This document shows positions 52,631-64,000 of a stretch of DNA of 64,000 bases, in pieces. This DNA comes from Paludibacteraceae bacterium (GTDB taxonomy: Bacteria > Bacteroidota > Bacteroidia > Bacteroidales > Paludibacteraceae). The position numbers and the translations under genes are program-made. Under the pieces are notes generated by a model that worked only from the letters and a program-made list of their open reading frames with translations, was not told the origin of the DNA and made no database searches. The DNA lies in assembly GCA_017384225.1 (NCBI GenBank), contig JAFNUD010000033.1, positions 7,708-71,707 of the forward strand. Reading direction: 5' to 3'. Position 1 is the stretch's first letter. Every line of letters starts with the position of its first letter.

Positions 52631-52661
52631 CAAAGGTACTATATTTTTTTCAGTCTTGCAA
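52631..52661 (-). promoter_or_regulatory. promoter for the B12 riboswitch-btuB operon
   Basis: Minus strand: -33 TTGC (52661-52658), 19-nt spacer, -7 TACCTTTG (52638-52631). The riboswitch P1 starts about 5 nt downstream of the box. Confidence 0.75.
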
Positions 52662-52726
52662 GAATACTAACGAAAAAGTACAAAAATAAATATCTTTACC
52701 CATGTGCGGATGGTAACAAATGATAT

Positions 52727-52760
52727 AGAAAAAGGGTGCGCCCTTCAGACACACCCTTTC
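52727..52760 (-). terminator. rho-independent terminator after rpoC
   Basis: The minus strand reads AAGGGUG-UGUCUGAAGGGCG-CACCCUU followed by UUUCUAUAUC. It lies 47 nt downstream of the rpoC stop (52807) and upstream of the btuB promoter. Confidence 0.75.
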
Positions 52761-52806
52761 TCCATATCAGCTATTCGCCAGTGCAAATAGCATGTTCATC
52801 CTAAAA

Positions 52807-55800
52807 TTAGAATCCCTCTTGCTCACGAAGTTGCGCCTCTGCAGCAGCTGCACGCGCAGCTTGGATAGCAGCATACTCGTCTGCATTGTGTACCGATACA
52901 TGTTGGAACTCACGAAGACCCGTACCCGCAGGAATCAAATTACCGCAAATCACGTTCTCCTTCATACCATCGAGGTAATCTACCTTGCCTTGGATAGCCG
53001 CCTCGTTGAGCACCTTAGTGGTCTCTTGGAAGGAAGCTGCAGACATAAAGGACTTAGTACCCAAAGCAGCGCGAGTGATACCTTGCAAAATCTGACTTGC
53101 AGTAGCACACATAGCCTCACGCACTTGTACGAGTTTCTTATCCTTACGACGCAATGAAGAGTTCTCATCGTGGAGACGACGTGCAGTGACAATCTGACCT
53201 GGTTTCAAGGTCTCGCTATCACCAGCATCGACAACCACTTTCTTGCCCCAAATACGGTCATTCTCCTCAAGGAAGTCACGCTTGTCCACAATTTGCTTTT
53301 CGAGGTAACGTGTATCACCCGCATCTTGGATTTCTACCTTACGCATCATTTGGCGTACAATAATCTCGAAGTGCTTATCGTTAATCTCCACACCCTGCAT
53401 ACGGTAAACAGCTTGTGCCTCATTAACGATATAGTCTTGCACCGCAGTAGGACCTTGGATAGCAAGTATGTCGTTAGGAGTGATAGCACCATCAGACAAT
53501 GCTACACCCGCACGCACATAGTCGCCCTCTTGTACGAGGATCTGCTTGCCAAGTGGGATAAGATAAGACTTCACCTCGCCCAACTTAGAAGTAACAGACA
53601 ATTCTTGGTTACCACGTTTGATACGTCCGAAGCTAACTTCACCATCAATTTCTGACACAATAGCAGGGTTAGATGGATTGCGCGCCTCAAAGAGCTCAGT
53701 TACACGTGGAAGACCACCTGTAATATCGCCTGCAGTACCAAACGAACGTGTTTGTGTAAAGAGCGAATCACCCACCTTCACCTCATCACCATCGTTATGT
53801 ACGAGCAATGCTTTCACAGGCAAGTTGTATGTGCGAATCACGTTGCCATCAGCATCCAAGATTTGTGCAGAAGGCATCTTAGAACGGTCCTTGGTTTCGA
53901 TGATAGAAACCTCTTTCTTACCTGTTTGGTCATCCACTTCAGTCTTGCAAGTCACACCCTCAACTACATCTACATATTGCAGCTGACCAGCTTGCTCAAT
54001 AATCATAGTAGCCTTATAAGGATCCCATTCGCAGACTTGTGTACCCTTCTCGTAAACCTCACCTGGATTGATAAAGAGCTTAGAAGCGTAAGGGATATTG
54101 AAGGTGGTCAAAACCACATCTGTCTTCACATCTACTAGACGCATTTCGTTCAGACGGCTAACAACGATAACCTCTCCCGCTTCGGTAGTAATGGTACGAA
54201 GTTCGTCAATCTCGATGCGACCAGGTTGCGTGATAGCGTATGTATTTTGTGCAGTAGCATTACCTGCAACACCACCAGAGTGGAAAGTACGAAGTGTAAG
54301 CTGTGTACCAGGTTCACCAATGGCTTGAGCTGCAATCACACCGACAGCCTCACCCTTTTGTACCATCTTACGGCTTGCCAAGTTACGTCCGTAACACTTA
54401 GCGCAGACACCTTGCTTAGATTCGCAAGTAAGCACAGAGCGAATCTCTACAGCCTCAATACCTGCTGCCTCAATAGCCTCGCAAGCTGCCTCACGAATTT
54501 CTTCGCCAGAAGCCACAATAAGGTTGCCATCAATATCATAAATATCATGTACGCTGACACGACCTAAGATACGCTGTGTGAGAGTAGCCACAACATTGTC
54601 GTTTTGCTTGATAGCACGAGCAGTCAAACCACGAAGAGTACCGCAATCGGTTTCTGTGATAATCACATCGTGAGAAACGTCCACAAGACGACGTGTCAAG
54701 TAACCTGCATCGGCAGTCTTCAACGCAGTATCGGCAAGACCCTTACGAGCACCGTGGGTAGAGATAAAGTACTCCAACACGCTCAGACCCTCTTTAAAGT
54801 TAGAAAGAATAGGGTTCTCAATTGTTTGACGACTATCAGTAGCACCAGCCTTTTGTGGTTTAGCCATCAGACCACGCATACCCGCAAGCTGCTTAATCTG
54901 CTGACGCGAGCCACGGGCACCTGAATCCATCATCATATATACAGAGTTGAAACCTTGGTCTGCCTCTTTCATATGCTTCATGAGCACCTCAGTCACCTTG
55001 GTATCTACCTCATTCCACGCTCCAACTACCTTATTATAGCGCTCGTTATCGGTCATCAAACCTTCCATATAAAGCTCGGTCACCTCTTCTACAACTTGGT
55101 TACCCTTAGCCACCAATTCATTCTTCTCCTCTGGAATAAGAATATCATTGAGGTTGAAGCTGAGTCCACCCTTGAACGCCATCTTATAACCAAGATCCTT
55201 GATTTCGTCCAAGAACTTAGCTGTACGAGCTACACCGCAAGTCTTAATCACGTCGGTAATAATCTCCTTAACAGCTTTCTTGCCGAGAGTAACGTTCTTA
55301 TATCCTACCTCGTTAGGTACATAGTAATTCACCAAGATACGACCAGGAGTAGTCTCTACAAGTTGTGTCTCACCTGTACGCTCATCGGTGATACGCACTT
55401 TTACGATAGCGTGCATATCTACCTTACCCTCATTAAGCGCAATCTCACACTCCTCTGGAGAGTAGAATATCAAACCTTCACCTTTAGCACCTACACGATC
55501 CTTAGTGATATAGTATAGACCAAGAATCATATCCTGAGAAGGCACGGTAATAGGATTACCGTTGGCAGGGTCAAGAATATTATGTGAACCGAGCATGAGA
55601 AGTTGTGCCTCAAGGATGGCCTCGTTAGAAAGTGGCAAGTGTACAGCCATTTGGTCGCCATCGAAGTCAGCGTTGAAACCAGCACATGCCAATGGGTGCA
55701 ACTGAATAGCCTTACCCTCAATCATACGAGGTTGGAAAGCCAAAATACCATGACGGTGCAAAGTAGGAGCACGGTTCAAAAGAACTGGGTGACCCTTCAT

Positions 55801-57102
55801 TACATGCTCAAGGATATCAAAAATGATAGGCTCTTTGCGATCAATGATCTTCTTTGCAGACTTCACTGTCTTTACCACACCACGCTCGATGAGCTTGCGA
55901 ATGATAAATGGTTTGTAGAGCTCAGCTGCCATATCCTTAGGCAGACCACACTCGTGCATCTTGAGCTCTGGACCTACAACGATTACCGAACGTGCTGAAT
56001 AGTCCACACGCTTACCGAGCAAGTTCTGACGGAAACGACCTTGCTTACCCTTCAAAGAGTCAGAGAGAGACTTAAGTGGGCGATTAGCGTCTGACTTAAT
56101 CGCAGTAGTCTTCTTGCTATTATCAAAGAGCGAATCTACTGCCTCTTGGAGCATACGCTTCTCATTGCGCAAAATCACATCTGGAGCCTTAATCTCTACG
56201 AGGCGTTTGAGACGATTGTTACGAATGATTACGCGACGATAAAGGTCATTGAGATCGGATGTAGCGAAACGACCACCATCCAGCGGAACGAGCGGACGCA
56301 ACTCAGGAGGAGTAACAGGGATAACGTGCAATACCATCCATTCAGGCAAGTTTCTGCCCTTGCTTGCACGGAAGTTCTCTACCACTTGCAAACGCTTGAG
56401 AGCCTCTGCCTTGCGTTGCATAGAAGAATCTGAATTAGCACGGTCACGTAACTCGTAACTCAATGCATCCAAGTCTATCTTCTTGAGTAATTCCTCTACC
56501 GCCTCTGCACCCATCTTAGCGATGAACTTATCAGGATCTGTATCATCCAATAAGTGATTTTCTGGAAAATCCTTAGCCAGACGATCCATCAATTCGATGT
56601 ACTGATCCTCATCAAGCAAAGTCTTATCTGCTACAATCTCATCATCTATCTCTTGTCCTGCCAATACACCTGCTTGCAGCACAATGTATTTTTCGTAATA
56701 AACAACTGAATCTAATTTCTTGGTAGGAACACCCAACAATGCCGCCATTTTGGATGGCAATGAACGCAAGTACCATATATGAGTTACAGGAACCACTAAT
56801 TTGATATGTCCCATACGCTCACGACGCACTTTCTTCTCTGTCACCTCTACACCACAACGCTCGCAGACAATACCTTTGTAACGAATACGTTTGTATTTAC
56901 CGCAGTGGCACTCGTAGTCTTTGGTAGGACCGAAAATGCGTTCGCAGAATAGGCCATCACGCTCAGGCTTGTAGGTACGATAGTTGATAGTCTCAGGCTT
57001 GAGTACCTCACCCGAACTAATACGCATAATCTCATCAGGCGATGCTAAGCCAATTGAGATACGGGAAAAACCATTTTTCTTATTATCTTGTTTGAAAGCC
57101 AT
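52807..57102 (-). CDS. rpoC: DNA-directed RNA polymerase subunit beta'
   Basis: 1431 aa. Zn-finger CHCGKY...CERCG, catalytic NADFDGDQM, and the other conserved beta' segments. Confidence 0.98.
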   Translation of the reverse strand: MAFKQDNKKNGFSRISIGLASPDEIMRISSGEVLKPETINYRTYKPERDGLFCERIFGPTKDYECHCGKYKRIRYKGIVCERCGVEVTEKKVRRERMGHIKLVVPVTHIWYLRSLPSKMAALLGVPTKKLDSVVYYEKYIVLQAGVLAGQEIDDEIVADKTLLDEDQYIELMDRLAKDFPENHLLDDTDPDKFIAKMGAEAVEELLKKIDLDALSYELRDRANSDSSMQRKAEALKRLQVVENFRASKGRNLPEWMVLHVIPVTPPELRPLVPLDGGRFATSDLNDLYRRVIIRNNRLKRLVEIKAPDVILRNEKRMLQEAVDSLFDNSKKTTAIKSDANRPLKSLSDSLKGKQGRFRQNLLGKRVDYSARSVIVVGPELKMHECGLPKDMAAELYKPFIIRKLIERGVVKTVKSAKKIIDRKEPIIFDILEHVMKGHPVLLNRAPTLHRHGILAFQPRMIEGKAIQLHPLACAGFNADFDGDQMAVHLPLSNEAILEAQLLMLGSHNILDPANGNPITVPSQDMILGLYYITKDRVGAKGEGLIFYSPEECEIALNEGKVDMHAIVKVRITDERTGETQLVETTPGRILVNYYVPNEVGYKNVTLGKKAVKEIITDVIKTCGVARTAKFLDEIKDLGYKMAFKGGLSFNLNDILIPEEKNELVAKGNQVVEEVTELYMEGLMTDNERYNKVVGAWNEVDTKVTEVLMKHMKEADQGFNSVYMMMDSGARGSRQQIKQLAGMRGLMAKPQKAGATDSRQTIENPILSNFKEGLSVLEYFISTHGARKGLADTALKTADAGYLTRRLVDVSHDVIITETDCGTLRGLTARAIKQNDNVVATLTQRILGRVSVHDIYDIDGNLIVASGEEIREAACEAIEAAGIEAVEIRSVLTCESKQGVCAKCYGRNLASRKMVQKGEAVGVIAAQAIGEPGTQLTLRTFHSGGVAGNATAQNTYAITQPGRIEIDELRTITTEAGEVIVVSRLNEMRLVDVKTDVVLTTFNIPYASKLFINPGEVYEKGTQVCEWDPYKATMIIEQAGQLQYVDVVEGVTCKTEVDDQTGKKEVSIIETKDRSKMPSAQILDADGNVIRTYNLPVKALLVHNDGDEVKVGDSLFTQTRSFGTAGDITGGLPRVTELFEARNPSNPAIVSEIDGEVSFGRIKRGNQELSVTSKLGEVKSYLIPLGKQILVQEGDYVRAGVALSDGAITPNDILAIQGPTAVQDYIVNEAQAVYRMQGVEINDKHFEIIVRQMMRKVEIQDAGDTRYLEKQIVDKRDFLEENDRIWGKKVVVDAGDSETLKPGQIVTARRLHDENSSLRRKDKKLVQVREAMCATASQILQGITRAALGTKSFMSAASFQETTKVLNEAAIQGKVDYLDGMKENVICGNLIPAGTGLREFQHVSVHNADEYAAIQAARAAAAEAQLREQEGF

Positions 57103-57114
57103 AATTCTTGAATT

Positions 57115-60100
57115 TTATTCCATTGTAATTGAAAGACCAAGACCTTGCAACTCGTGCAACAATACGTTGAGCGACTCTGGCAGACCTGGAGTAGGCATAG
57201 ACTCACCCTTAACGATTGCCTCATAGGTACGAGCACGACCCGTCACATCGTCAGACTTAACGGTGAGAATCTCTTGCAAGATATGAGCAGCACCGTGTGC
57301 CTCAAGTGCCCAAACCTCCATCTCACCAAAACGCTGACCACCGAACTGTGCTTTACCACCGAGAGGTTGTTGTGTAATCAAGCTGTAAGGACCGATAGAA
57401 CGTGCGTGCATCTTGTCATCTACCATGTGACCAAGCTTCATAAAGTAGGTAACACCTACAGTAGCCATCTGGTCAAAAGCTTCACCAGTACCACCATCGT
57501 AGAGCTGTGTCTTACCAGCACGTGGCAAACCAGCCTTGTCTGTCCAATCATTGAGCGAATCCAACGTACAACCATCGAAGATAGGAGTAGCAAACTTCAC
57601 ACCCAACTCTTTACCTGCCCAACCAAGCACAGCCTCGAAAATCTGACCGATATTCATACGAGAAGGTACACCTAGTGGGTTCAATACTATATCTACTGGC
57701 GTACCATCTGCCAAAAATGGCATATCCTCTACGCGCACAATCTTAGATACAATACCTTTATTACCGTGACGACCAGCCATCTTATCACCTACACGAATCT
57801 TACGACGCTTAGCGATATACACCTTAGCCATTTGGATAATACCATTTGGCAACTCATCACCGATAGTCAAATTGTATTTATCACGCTTAAGCTGAGCATC
57901 CATTTCTTTGTGCTTGGCAATATAATTCATGATACACTTCTCTACCAACGCATTGGCATGCTCATCTGTTGTCCAACCAGCCAACATCAGCGAAGTATAA
58001 TCCAAATCTTTCAAGCGCTCTTCAGTGAAAGTAAGACCCTTAGCAATCAATTCTGTATTGATATGATCGCGTACGCCTGCAGATGTTTGACCATCCAACA
58101 AGGTAACCAACTTGCCTACCAATACGGCCTTCAATTCTGCAGCCTTGATAGCGAAATCGGCATCCAATTTACCGATAATCTCCTTGTCCTCAAGCTTTTG
58201 TTTACGATCTTTCTGAGCTTTCTTGTAGAGACTCTTATCGATAACCACACCGCTAAGTGATGGACTAGCCTTCAAAGAAGCATCTTTCACATCGCCAGCT
58301 TTGTCACCGAAGATAGCCTTCAAGAGTTTTTCTTCTGGAGAAGGATCAGATTCTCCCTTAGGAGTAATCTTACCAACGATAATATCACCTGGCTCGATGT
58401 GAGCACCAATACGAATAATACCATTCTCGTCCAAATCCTTGGTAGCTTCTTCACTCACATTAGGAATATCAGAGGTAAACTCCTCCATACCACGCTTGGT
58501 CTCACGAACCTCCAAGAGTTGCTCCACTACGTGTACAGAAGTAAACATATCCTCACGTACAATGCGCTCACTCAGCACAATAGCATCCTCATAGTTGTAA
58601 CCCTTCCAAGGAATATAAGCAACCTTCAAGTTCTTACCCAAAGCAAGTTCACCATTCTCAGTAGCATAACCTTCTGTAAGAATTTGACCTTTCACCACCT
58701 TATCACCCTTGCGAACAATCGGACGAAGGTCAATGGTAGTATTTTGGTTAGTACGTTGGAATTTAGGCAATTGATATGTCTTTTCTGCAGATTCAAATGA
58801 GATAAACTCCTCTTCTTTGCTACGTGAATATTTGATAACAATCTTACTTGCATCAACATAGGTAACAACACCATCACCCTCAGCCATGATTTGTGTACGA
58901 GAGTCTTGAATAAGTTGTCCCTCAATACCCGTACCTACGATAGGAGCCTCATTACGAAGCAATGGTACTGCTTGGCGCATCATGTTTGAACCCATCAATG
59001 CACGGTTAGCATCATCATGCTCCAAGAATGGAATCAAAGCAGCAGCAATAGATGCGATTTGCGAAGGAGAAACATCCATCAAGTCAATTTGATCAGGAGC
59101 TACCACAGGGAAGTCTGCCTCGTAACGAGCTTTTACTTTGGTACGGATAAACTTACCGTTCTTATCCAATGGCGCATTACCTTGTGCTACGGTAGATTGT
59201 TCCTCATCTTCTGCGGTCATATAAACCACGTGATCATTGTCCAAATCTACCACACCATTCTCCGCCTTACGATAAGGTGTCTCAATAAAACCTAACTCAT
59301 TAATCTTTGCATAAATACACAAAGAAGAAATCAAACCGATGTTTGGACCTTCTGGAGTCTCAATTGGACACAAACGACCATAGTGTGTATAGTGTACGTC
59401 ACGTACCTCAAAACCAGCACGATCACGACTCAAACCACCAGGACCCAAGGCTGACATACGACGCTTGTGGGTGATTTCAGCCAATGGGTTCTGTTGATCC
59501 ATAAACTGAGATAGTGCGTTGGTACCAAAATAAGTATTGATTACACTTGATATAGCCTTAGCATTGATAAGATCAGTAGGAGTGAAGACCTCTGTATCAC
59601 GCACATTCATGCGCTCACGGATAGTACGAGCCATACGAGCCAAACCAATACCAAATTGATTATAGAGTTGCTCTCCTACAGTACGCACACGACGATTAGA
59701 TAAGTGGTCAATATCATCCACCTCCGCATTGGAGTTAATGAGCTGTACCAAGTACTTGATAATCTCAATAATATCTGTATTGGTCAATGTACGTGTTTCC
59801 ATTGGAGTATCCATCTCCAACTTACGATTGATACGATAGCGACCTACCTCACCCAAGTCATAGCGCTTGTCAGAGAAGAAAAGGTTTTGTATAGCTTCGC
59901 GAGCTGTAGCATCGTCTGCAGGCTCAGAGTTACGCAACTGACGATAGATATAAAGCACAGCCTCTTTCTCTGAATGAGAAGGATCCTTTTGCAAAGTATT
60001 GAAAATAATAGAATACTCAGATTCATATGCCTCATCTTTGTGCAAAAGAATAGTTTTGGTACCTGAATCAAGAATCAGTTCACACAACTCTTCTGTCAGT

Positions 60101-60927
60101 ACTGTCTCACGCTCCAGAATCACCTCATTACGCTCAATAGTAACCACTTCACCAGTATCTTCATCTACGAAATCCTCTGTCCATGCCTTGAGCACATTAC
60201 CAGCTAAGGTGCGGCCTACTACCGCCTCTAAATTCTCTTGCGTACACTTGATTTCTTCAGCCAATCCGAAGCAATCCAAGATATCTTTATCGCTCTCAAA
60301 ACCGATAGCACGCAACAAGGTTGTTACTGGTAACTTCTTCTTGCGATCGATATAAGCATACATCACACGGTTAATATCCGTAGCGAACTCAATCCATGAA
60401 CCACGGAAAGGAATAATACGAGCAGAATAAAGCTTAGTACCATTAGAGTGCATCGAAGTACCGAAGAACACACCAGGAGAACGATGCAATTGGCTTACAA
60501 TCACACGCTCCGCTCCATTGATCACGAAAGTACCCTTTGGAGTCATATATGGAATAGTACCCAAGAATACATCCTGCATTACTGGCTCAAAATCCTCGTG
60601 ATCAGGATCAGTACAGGTCAAAAACAACTTTGCCTTCAAAGGCACACTATACGTAAGTCCACGGAGCAAACACTCCTCAATCGAATAACGAGGAGGATCA
60701 ATGTGATAATCCAAGAACTCAAGCGTGAAGTTCTTTCGAGTATCTTCAATTGGGAAGTTCTCCGAAAAAACTTTGAACAAACCTTCCTTATGACGCTCCT
60801 CTGGAGTTGAATCCATTTGGAAGAAGTCATGGAAAGACTTTAATTGAATCTCCAGAAAATCAGGATAAGGCATCTGCTTTTGCATTGCCGAAAAATTGAT
60901 TCGCTGGGTTTTGTTTGTATTTGCCAT
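57115..60927 (-). CDS. rpoB: DNA-directed RNA polymerase subunit beta
   Basis: 1270 aa. Rif-cluster [28 protein letters not shown], ...[11 protein letters not shown]..., and C-terminal ...[19 protein letters not shown]. Confidence 0.98.
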   Translation of the reverse strand: MANTNKTQRINFSAMQKQMPYPDFLEIQLKSFHDFFQMDSTPEERHKEGLFKVFSENFPIEDTRKNFTLEFLDYHIDPPRYSIEECLLRGLTYSVPLKAKLFLTCTDPDHEDFEPVMQDVFLGTIPYMTPKGTFVINGAERVIVSQLHRSPGVFFGTSMHSNGTKLYSARIIPFRGSWIEFATDINRVMYAYIDRKKKLPVTTLLRAIGFESDKDILDCFGLAEEIKCTQENLEAVVGRTLAGNVLKAWTEDFVDEDTGEVVTIERNEVILERETVLTEELCELILDSGTKTILLHKDEAYESEYSIIFNTLQKDPSHSEKEAVLYIYRQLRNSEPADDATAREAIQNLFFSDKRYDLGEVGRYRINRKLEMDTPMETRTLTNTDIIEIIKYLVQLINSNAEVDDIDHLSNRRVRTVGEQLYNQFGIGLARMARTIRERMNVRDTEVFTPTDLINAKAISSVINTYFGTNALSQFMDQQNPLAEITHKRRMSALGPGGLSRDRAGFEVRDVHYTHYGRLCPIETPEGPNIGLISSLCIYAKINELGFIETPYRKAENGVVDLDNDHVVYMTAEDEEQSTVAQGNAPLDKNGKFIRTKVKARYEADFPVVAPDQIDLMDVSPSQIASIAAALIPFLEHDDANRALMGSNMMRQAVPLLRNEAPIVGTGIEGQLIQDSRTQIMAEGDGVVTYVDASKIVIKYSRSKEEEFISFESAEKTYQLPKFQRTNQNTTIDLRPIVRKGDKVVKGQILTEGYATENGELALGKNLKVAYIPWKGYNYEDAIVLSERIVREDMFTSVHVVEQLLEVRETKRGMEEFTSDIPNVSEEATKDLDENGIIRIGAHIEPGDIIVGKITPKGESDPSPEEKLLKAIFGDKAGDVKDASLKASPSLSGVVIDKSLYKKAQKDRKQKLEDKEIIGKLDADFAIKAAELKAVLVGKLVTLLDGQTSAGVRDHINTELIAKGLTFTEERLKDLDYTSLMLAGWTTDEHANALVEKCIMNYIAKHKEMDAQLKRDKYNLTIGDELPNGIIQMAKVYIAKRRKIRVGDKMAGRHGNKGIVSKIVRVEDMPFLADGTPVDIVLNPLGVPSRMNIGQIFEAVLGWAGKELGVKFATPIFDGCTLDSLNDWTDKAGLPRAGKTQLYDGGTGEAFDQMATVGVTYFMKLGHMVDDKMHARSIGPYSLITQQPLGGKAQFGGQRFGEMEVWALEAHGAAHILQEILTVKSDDVTGRARTYEAIVKGESMPTPGLPESLNVLLHELQGLGLSITME

Positions 60928-61079
60928 TTATTTATAAATTAATTAGTTTCGAATATTAATCAAACGCCTGATAATAAATTATTTAGAGCTAAATAGACGA
61001 CTTGTTATTTTTACACACATTAACATAAGTCACATTAAAATTACCAGATATTAACATTTTTTCAATATTCACCTCTATT

Positions 61080-61120
61080 CAGAGAAAAAGGTTTAGACCC
61101 CCAATTTAGGGTCTAAACCT
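61080..61120 (-). terminator. terminator/attenuator hairpin between rplL and rpoB
   Basis: The minus strand reads AGGUUUAGACCC-UAAAUUGG-GGGUCUAAACCU followed by UUUUUCUCU. It lies 23 nt after the rplL stop, at the classical position of the rplL-rpoB attenuator. Confidence 0.8.
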
Positions 61121-61142
61121 GTCGTTATAAGGTCAGTAGGTA

Positions 61143-61520
61143 TTACTTCAACTCTACCTCAGCGCCTACCTCCTCAAGAGCTTTCTTGAGAGCCTCAGCA
61201 GTAGCTTTATCTACGCCTTCTTTAACAGTTGCAGGAGCAGCATCTACGATGTCTTTAGCCTCTTTCAAACCGAGACCAGTTTGCTCTTTAACTGCCTTAA
61301 CCACTTGAAGCTTGTTAGCACCAGCTGATTTCAAAACAACATCAAAAGATGTTTTCTCCTCAGCTGGAGCAGCCTCAGCAGCTGCAGGACCAGCAGCAAC
61401 TGCAACAGCTGCAGCTGCAGGTTCAATACCATACTCCTCTTTCAAAATTTGAGCGAGTTCATTTACTTCCTTAACGGTAAGGTTTACTAATTGTTCAGCA
61501 AAAGCTTTCAAATCTGCCAT
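61143..61520 (-). CDS. rplL: 50S ribosomal protein L7/L12
   Basis: 125 aa. Ala-rich hinge and C-terminal ...[24 protein letters not shown].... Confidence 0.97.
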   Translation of the reverse strand: MADLKAFAEQLVNLTVKEVNELAQILKEEYGIEPAAAAVAVAAGPAAAEAAPAEEKTSFDVVLKSAGANKLQVVKAVKEQTGLGLKEAKDIVDAAPATVKEGVDKATAEALKKALEEVGAEVELK

Positions 61521-61575
61521 TGTTGTATAATTTTAAAGTGTTAATTTTTAATGTTAATTTATTTGTATTTGCTGA

Positions 61576-62109
61576 TTATTCAGCGCGTTCACCCAGCGTC
61601 TTTAACACGCCGTGGATGGTAGTACCTCCTGATTGGAGTGCAGAAACAACATTCTTTGCAGGAGATTGGAGCAATGCAACCAAGTCTGCAATGAGTTCGT
61701 TCTTTGACTTGATAGTAGCCAAGAAGTCCAAGTTGTGAGCTCCTACGTAAACTGTCTCCTCTACATAAGCAGCCTTTAACTGTGGCTTAGCTTCCTCTTT
61801 GTTCTTCTCTTTCTTTGTAAACTCTTTGATAAGCTTAGCAGGAGCATTACCTGTATTAGAAAGCATCAAAGCTGTATTACCTTTGAGAGCCTCAAAAATT
61901 TGAGCATCAATACCTTTTGCCTCAAGTGCTTTTTGGAGCAAGGTGTTCTTTGCTACAAGCAATTTCACATCTTGCTTAAAGCAAGCACGGCGCAACTCAC
62001 TAGTCTTCTCTGCATTCAAACCTTCGATATTGGTCAAATAGAAGTGTGAGTATTGACCCATTTGCTCTTGCAATGAAGCAATAATGGCGTTTTTATCTTC
62101 CTTCTTCAT
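61576..62109 (-). CDS. rplJ: 50S ribosomal protein L10
   Basis: 177 aa. Position between rplA and rplL, with a typical L10 N-terminal region. Confidence 0.93.
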   Translation of the reverse strand: MKKEDKNAIIASLQEQMGQYSHFYLTNIEGLNAEKTSELRRACFKQDVKLLVAKNTLLQKALEAKGIDAQIFEALKGNTALMLSNTGNAPAKLIKEFTKKEKNKEEAKPQLKAAYVEETVYVGAHNLDFLATIKSKNELIADLVALLQSPAKNVVSALQSGGTTIHGVLKTLGERAE

Positions 62110-62130
62110 ACTTGTCTTCGATTAAATAAA

Positions 62131-62823
62131 TTACTCAATAGATTTTGGGTCAATCTTAATACCCTGACTCATTGTACTGGAAAGATAAATGCTCTTGATA
62201 TAGGTACCCTTGCTAACAGCGGGTTTCAACTTGATGAGTGTTTGTACGAACTCAGTAACGTTCTCTGCAATTGCCTGTGGAGTAAAAGATACTTTACCTA
62301 CAGAAGTGTGAACGATACCAAATTTGTCAACCTTAAAGTCAATCTTACCTTGCTTAACCTCTTTTACAGCTTTAGCAACATCCATTGTTACTGTACCTGA
62401 TTTAGGATTAGGCATCAAGCCACGAGGACCCAATACGCGACCAAGAGCACCAAGCTTACCCATGATTTGGGGCTGAGTGATAATCACGTCAATATCGGTC
62501 CAACCGCCTTTGATCTTCTCGATATACTCATCCAAACCTACATAATCAGCACCTGCCTCTTTAGCAGCAGCCTCTTGGTCGGGAGTACACAATGCGAGTA
62601 CGCGAACCTCTTTACCTGTACCGTTAGGCAAACTTACCACGCCGCGAACCATTTGGTTTGCTTTACGTGGATCAACACCCAAACGTACATCTACATCTAC
62701 ACTAGCATCAAACTTAGTTGTAGTGATCTCTTTCACCAACGCAGCAGCCTCTGCCACGGTGTAGAGCTTACCTGCTTCAATCTTCTCAGCAGCAAGCTTT
62801 TGATTCTTTGTCAATTTTGCCAT
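62131..62823 (-). CDS. rplA: 50S ribosomal protein L1
   Basis: 230 aa. MAKLTKNQK...[24 protein letters not shown]...LPNGTGK.... Confidence 0.97.
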   Translation of the reverse strand: MAKLTKNQKLAAEKIEAGKLYTVAEAAALVKEITTTKFDASVDVDVRLGVDPRKANQMVRGVVSLPNGTGKEVRVLALCTPDQEAAAKEAGADYVGLDEYIEKIKGGWTDIDVIITQPQIMGKLGALGRVLGPRGLMPNPKSGTVTMDVAKAVKEVKQGKIDFKVDKFGIVHTSVGKVSFTPQAIAENVTEFVQTLIKLKPAVSKGTYIKSIYLSSTMSQGIKIDPKSIE

Positions 62824-62843
62824 AATAATGATTGAAGTTTTAA

Positions 62844-63266
62844 TTATTTAACGGTAATACCCATACTGCGAGCGGTACCTTTTACCATGCTGATAGCGCT
62901 CTCTACGGTGAAACAGTTCAAATCTACCATCTTATCGGTCGCGATTGCCACTACTTGCTCCTCAGTGATAGTAGCTACCTTGTTACGGTTTGGCTGAGCC
63001 GAACCTGATTTCAATTTAGCAGCCTCCTTCAACTGTACAGCAACAGGTGGAGTCTTAACGATAAAATCGAATGATTTGTCAGTGTAAACAGTAATCACAA
63101 CAGGCAAAATCTTGCCTGCTTTTTCCTGCGTTCTGGCATTGAATTGTTTACAAAACTCCATAATATTCACACCCTTAGAACCCAACGCAGGGCCTACTGG
63201 AGGTGAAGGGTTAGCTGCGCCACCCTTGATTTGGAGCTTGATAAATCCAGCAATTTCTTTAGCCAT
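62844..63266 (-). CDS. rplK: 50S ribosomal protein L11
   Basis: 140 aa. ...[34 protein letters not shown].... Confidence 0.97.
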   Translation of the reverse strand: MAKEIAGFIKLQIKGGAANPSPPVGPALGSKGVNIMEFCKQFNARTQEKAGKILPVVITVYTDKSFDFIVKTPPVAVQLKEAAKLKSGSAQPNRNKVATITEEQVVAIATDKMVDLNCFTVESAISMVKGTARSMGITVK

Positions 63267-63347
63267 AATTTAATTTTTTTTACTTTGTTAATAGTTTTGT
63301 TGTTAATAAACTACCGAGTAGTACAACGGCCCGTAACAAAATGCCTC

Positions 63348-63899
63348 CTACTCTTTTGCTACCTGATCGAAGCCTAACTCCAATGGAGTCTGACGATCAA
63401 AGATTGTCACCACCACTTTGAGTTTTCGTTTGTCTTGCGACACTTCATTGATAACACCTTCGAATCCATTGAATGCGCCAGTAATCACTTTCACGCGCTC
63501 GCCTACCAAGAATGTCTCCTCCAACATCGCCTCTACAGCAGTGTCATCCACATTACCAATAATCTTATTGATTTCTGCTTGTGGCACAGGAGCAGGCTTG
63601 GTGGAAGATTTACTTTCACTCAAGAAGCCAAGCACATTAGGAATATTACGCAATAGTGGATAGCATTCATCGGTCAAATTGCACTCTACAAGCACATAAC
63701 CTGGTAGCAGATTGCGCTCTTTCACGACACGCTTGCCACCACGAAGACTAAACACCTTTTCGGTTGGGATTAAGACTTGAGACACGTACTCTTTAAACAA
63801 AGTAGAGGTAACCAAAGCGCCTTCGATATACTCCTTCACTTTGTTCTCCTTACCACTGATTGCTTTCAGCACGTACCATTTGTAGTTATTCTCAGCCAT
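63348..63899 (-). CDS. nusG: transcription termination/antitermination factor NusG
   Basis: MAENNYKWYVLKAISGKENKV... (NGN domain) and KOW motif GERVKVITGAFNGFEGVINEV. The track start at 63905 is a TTG; I prefer the ATG at 63899. Confidence 0.95.
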   Translation of the reverse strand: MAENNYKWYVLKAISGKENKVKEYIEGALVTSTLFKEYVSQVLIPTEKVFSLRGGKRVVKERNLLPGYVLVECNLTDECYPLLRNIPNVLGFLSESKSSTKPAPVPQAEINKIIGNVDDTAVEAMLEETFLVGERVKVITGAFNGFEGVINEVSQDKRKLKVVVTIFDRQTPLELGFDQVAKE

Positions 63900-63918
63900 A
63901 TTCAAACAATTCTATTGA

Positions 63919-64000
63919 TTAGAACAAGCCATAAACAAAAGTCATAATCGACTCGAAACCGTAGTCCATCAGCCATACGATGAGCGCTAGTATTATGGAA
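63919..64000 (-). CDS. secE: preprotein translocase subunit SecE (C-terminal 26 codons; 5' part beyond the window)
   Basis: The reverse complement of the window end reads ...SIILALIVWLMDYGFESIMTFVYGLF*, a hydrophobic TM tail immediately upstream of nusG (the conserved secE-nusG order). Partial sequence, so lower confidence. Confidence 0.7.
   Translation of the reverse strand, partial: SIILALIVWLMDYGFESIMTFVYGLF

Noticed and set aside
57103-57114. The rpoB-rpoC spacer ataattcttgaattttattcc as another GAATTWT-family copy.
   Set aside because: It contains only a single GAATTTT unit within ordinary AT-rich spacer sequence. That is too short to distinguish from chance.
52792-60810. Many 60-190-aa plus-strand ORFs inside rpoC and rpoB (for example 53170-53655, 54955-55518, 57145-57675, 57766-58260).
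   Set aside because: They are antisense to two of the most conserved bacterial genes. They are rich in L/S/T/H, as expected from the reverse-complement codon bias, and have no promoter boxes.
60928-61142. A possible ncRNA or leader in the 215-nt rplL-rpoB spacer beyond the attenuator hairpin.
   Set aside because: Apart from the clear hairpin plus U-tract at 61080-61120, the rest is AT-rich without stable stems or conserved motifs that I can recognise. The classical attenuator explanation suffices.

Overview
This is a densely coding 64-kb chromosomal segment from a Bacteroidales bacterium. A Prevotella/Segatella-like origin is my inference from the promoter grammar (TTTG/TTGC -33 and TAnnTTTG -7 boxes), T9SS-type C-terminal tails, signal peptides cleaved before Gln, and gene content. 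I support 52 protein genes. Two are cut by the window edges: a patatin-like phospholipase at the left and secE at the right. rpmH (52 aa) is missing from the ORF track because it falls below the track's size cut-off.

Content is mostly housekeeping:
- Translation/transcription: secE-nusG-rplKAJL-rpoBC, rpmH, rbfA.
- Metabolism and repair: korAB-type 2-oxoacid:ferredoxin oxidoreductase, ddl, aroA, aroC, prs, recG, xerD, two polyprenyl synthases, 5-formyl-THF cyclo-ligase.
- Iron-sulfur: a sufC plus short-sufD pair.
- Envelope and secreted proteins: sppA, DedA, a LolE-like permease, TonB, GT2/GT4 glycosyltransferases, a Wzx-like flippase, an M6 protease, a DPP3-like M49 peptidase, a glutaminyl cyclase-like M28 lipoprotein, and several OM barrels and lipoproteins.

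The one clearly accessory module is a cobalamin-riboswitch-controlled uptake locus at 46.9-52.7 kb. It runs riboswitch, BtuB-like receptor, BtuG-position beta-propeller lipoprotein, a 429-aa lipoprotein, then a DUF4465-like T9SS-tailed protein with its own promoter.

I saw no rRNA, tRNA, CRISPR array, transposase, prophage or recognisable defence system.

ORF-track 'M' starts are sometimes TTG or GTG. Several track ORFs also carry 5' extensions that run through the gene's own -7 promoter box, so I re-picked those starts.

The most unusual signal is not a gene. The window is peppered with short tandem or clustered 'word' repeats with units of 7-20 nt. They sit at gene boundaries and, in several cases, in-frame inside conserved genes (aroA, aroC, btuB, btuG-like). 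One heptamer family, GAATTWT, recurs at three loci with a 21-nt identity between two of them. Two intergenic modules also share an inverted 20-23-nt GC hairpin core. I cannot tell from this window whether this reflects a mobile or REP-like element family, a slippage-prone mutational process, or phase variation. It needs genome-wide and comparative checks.
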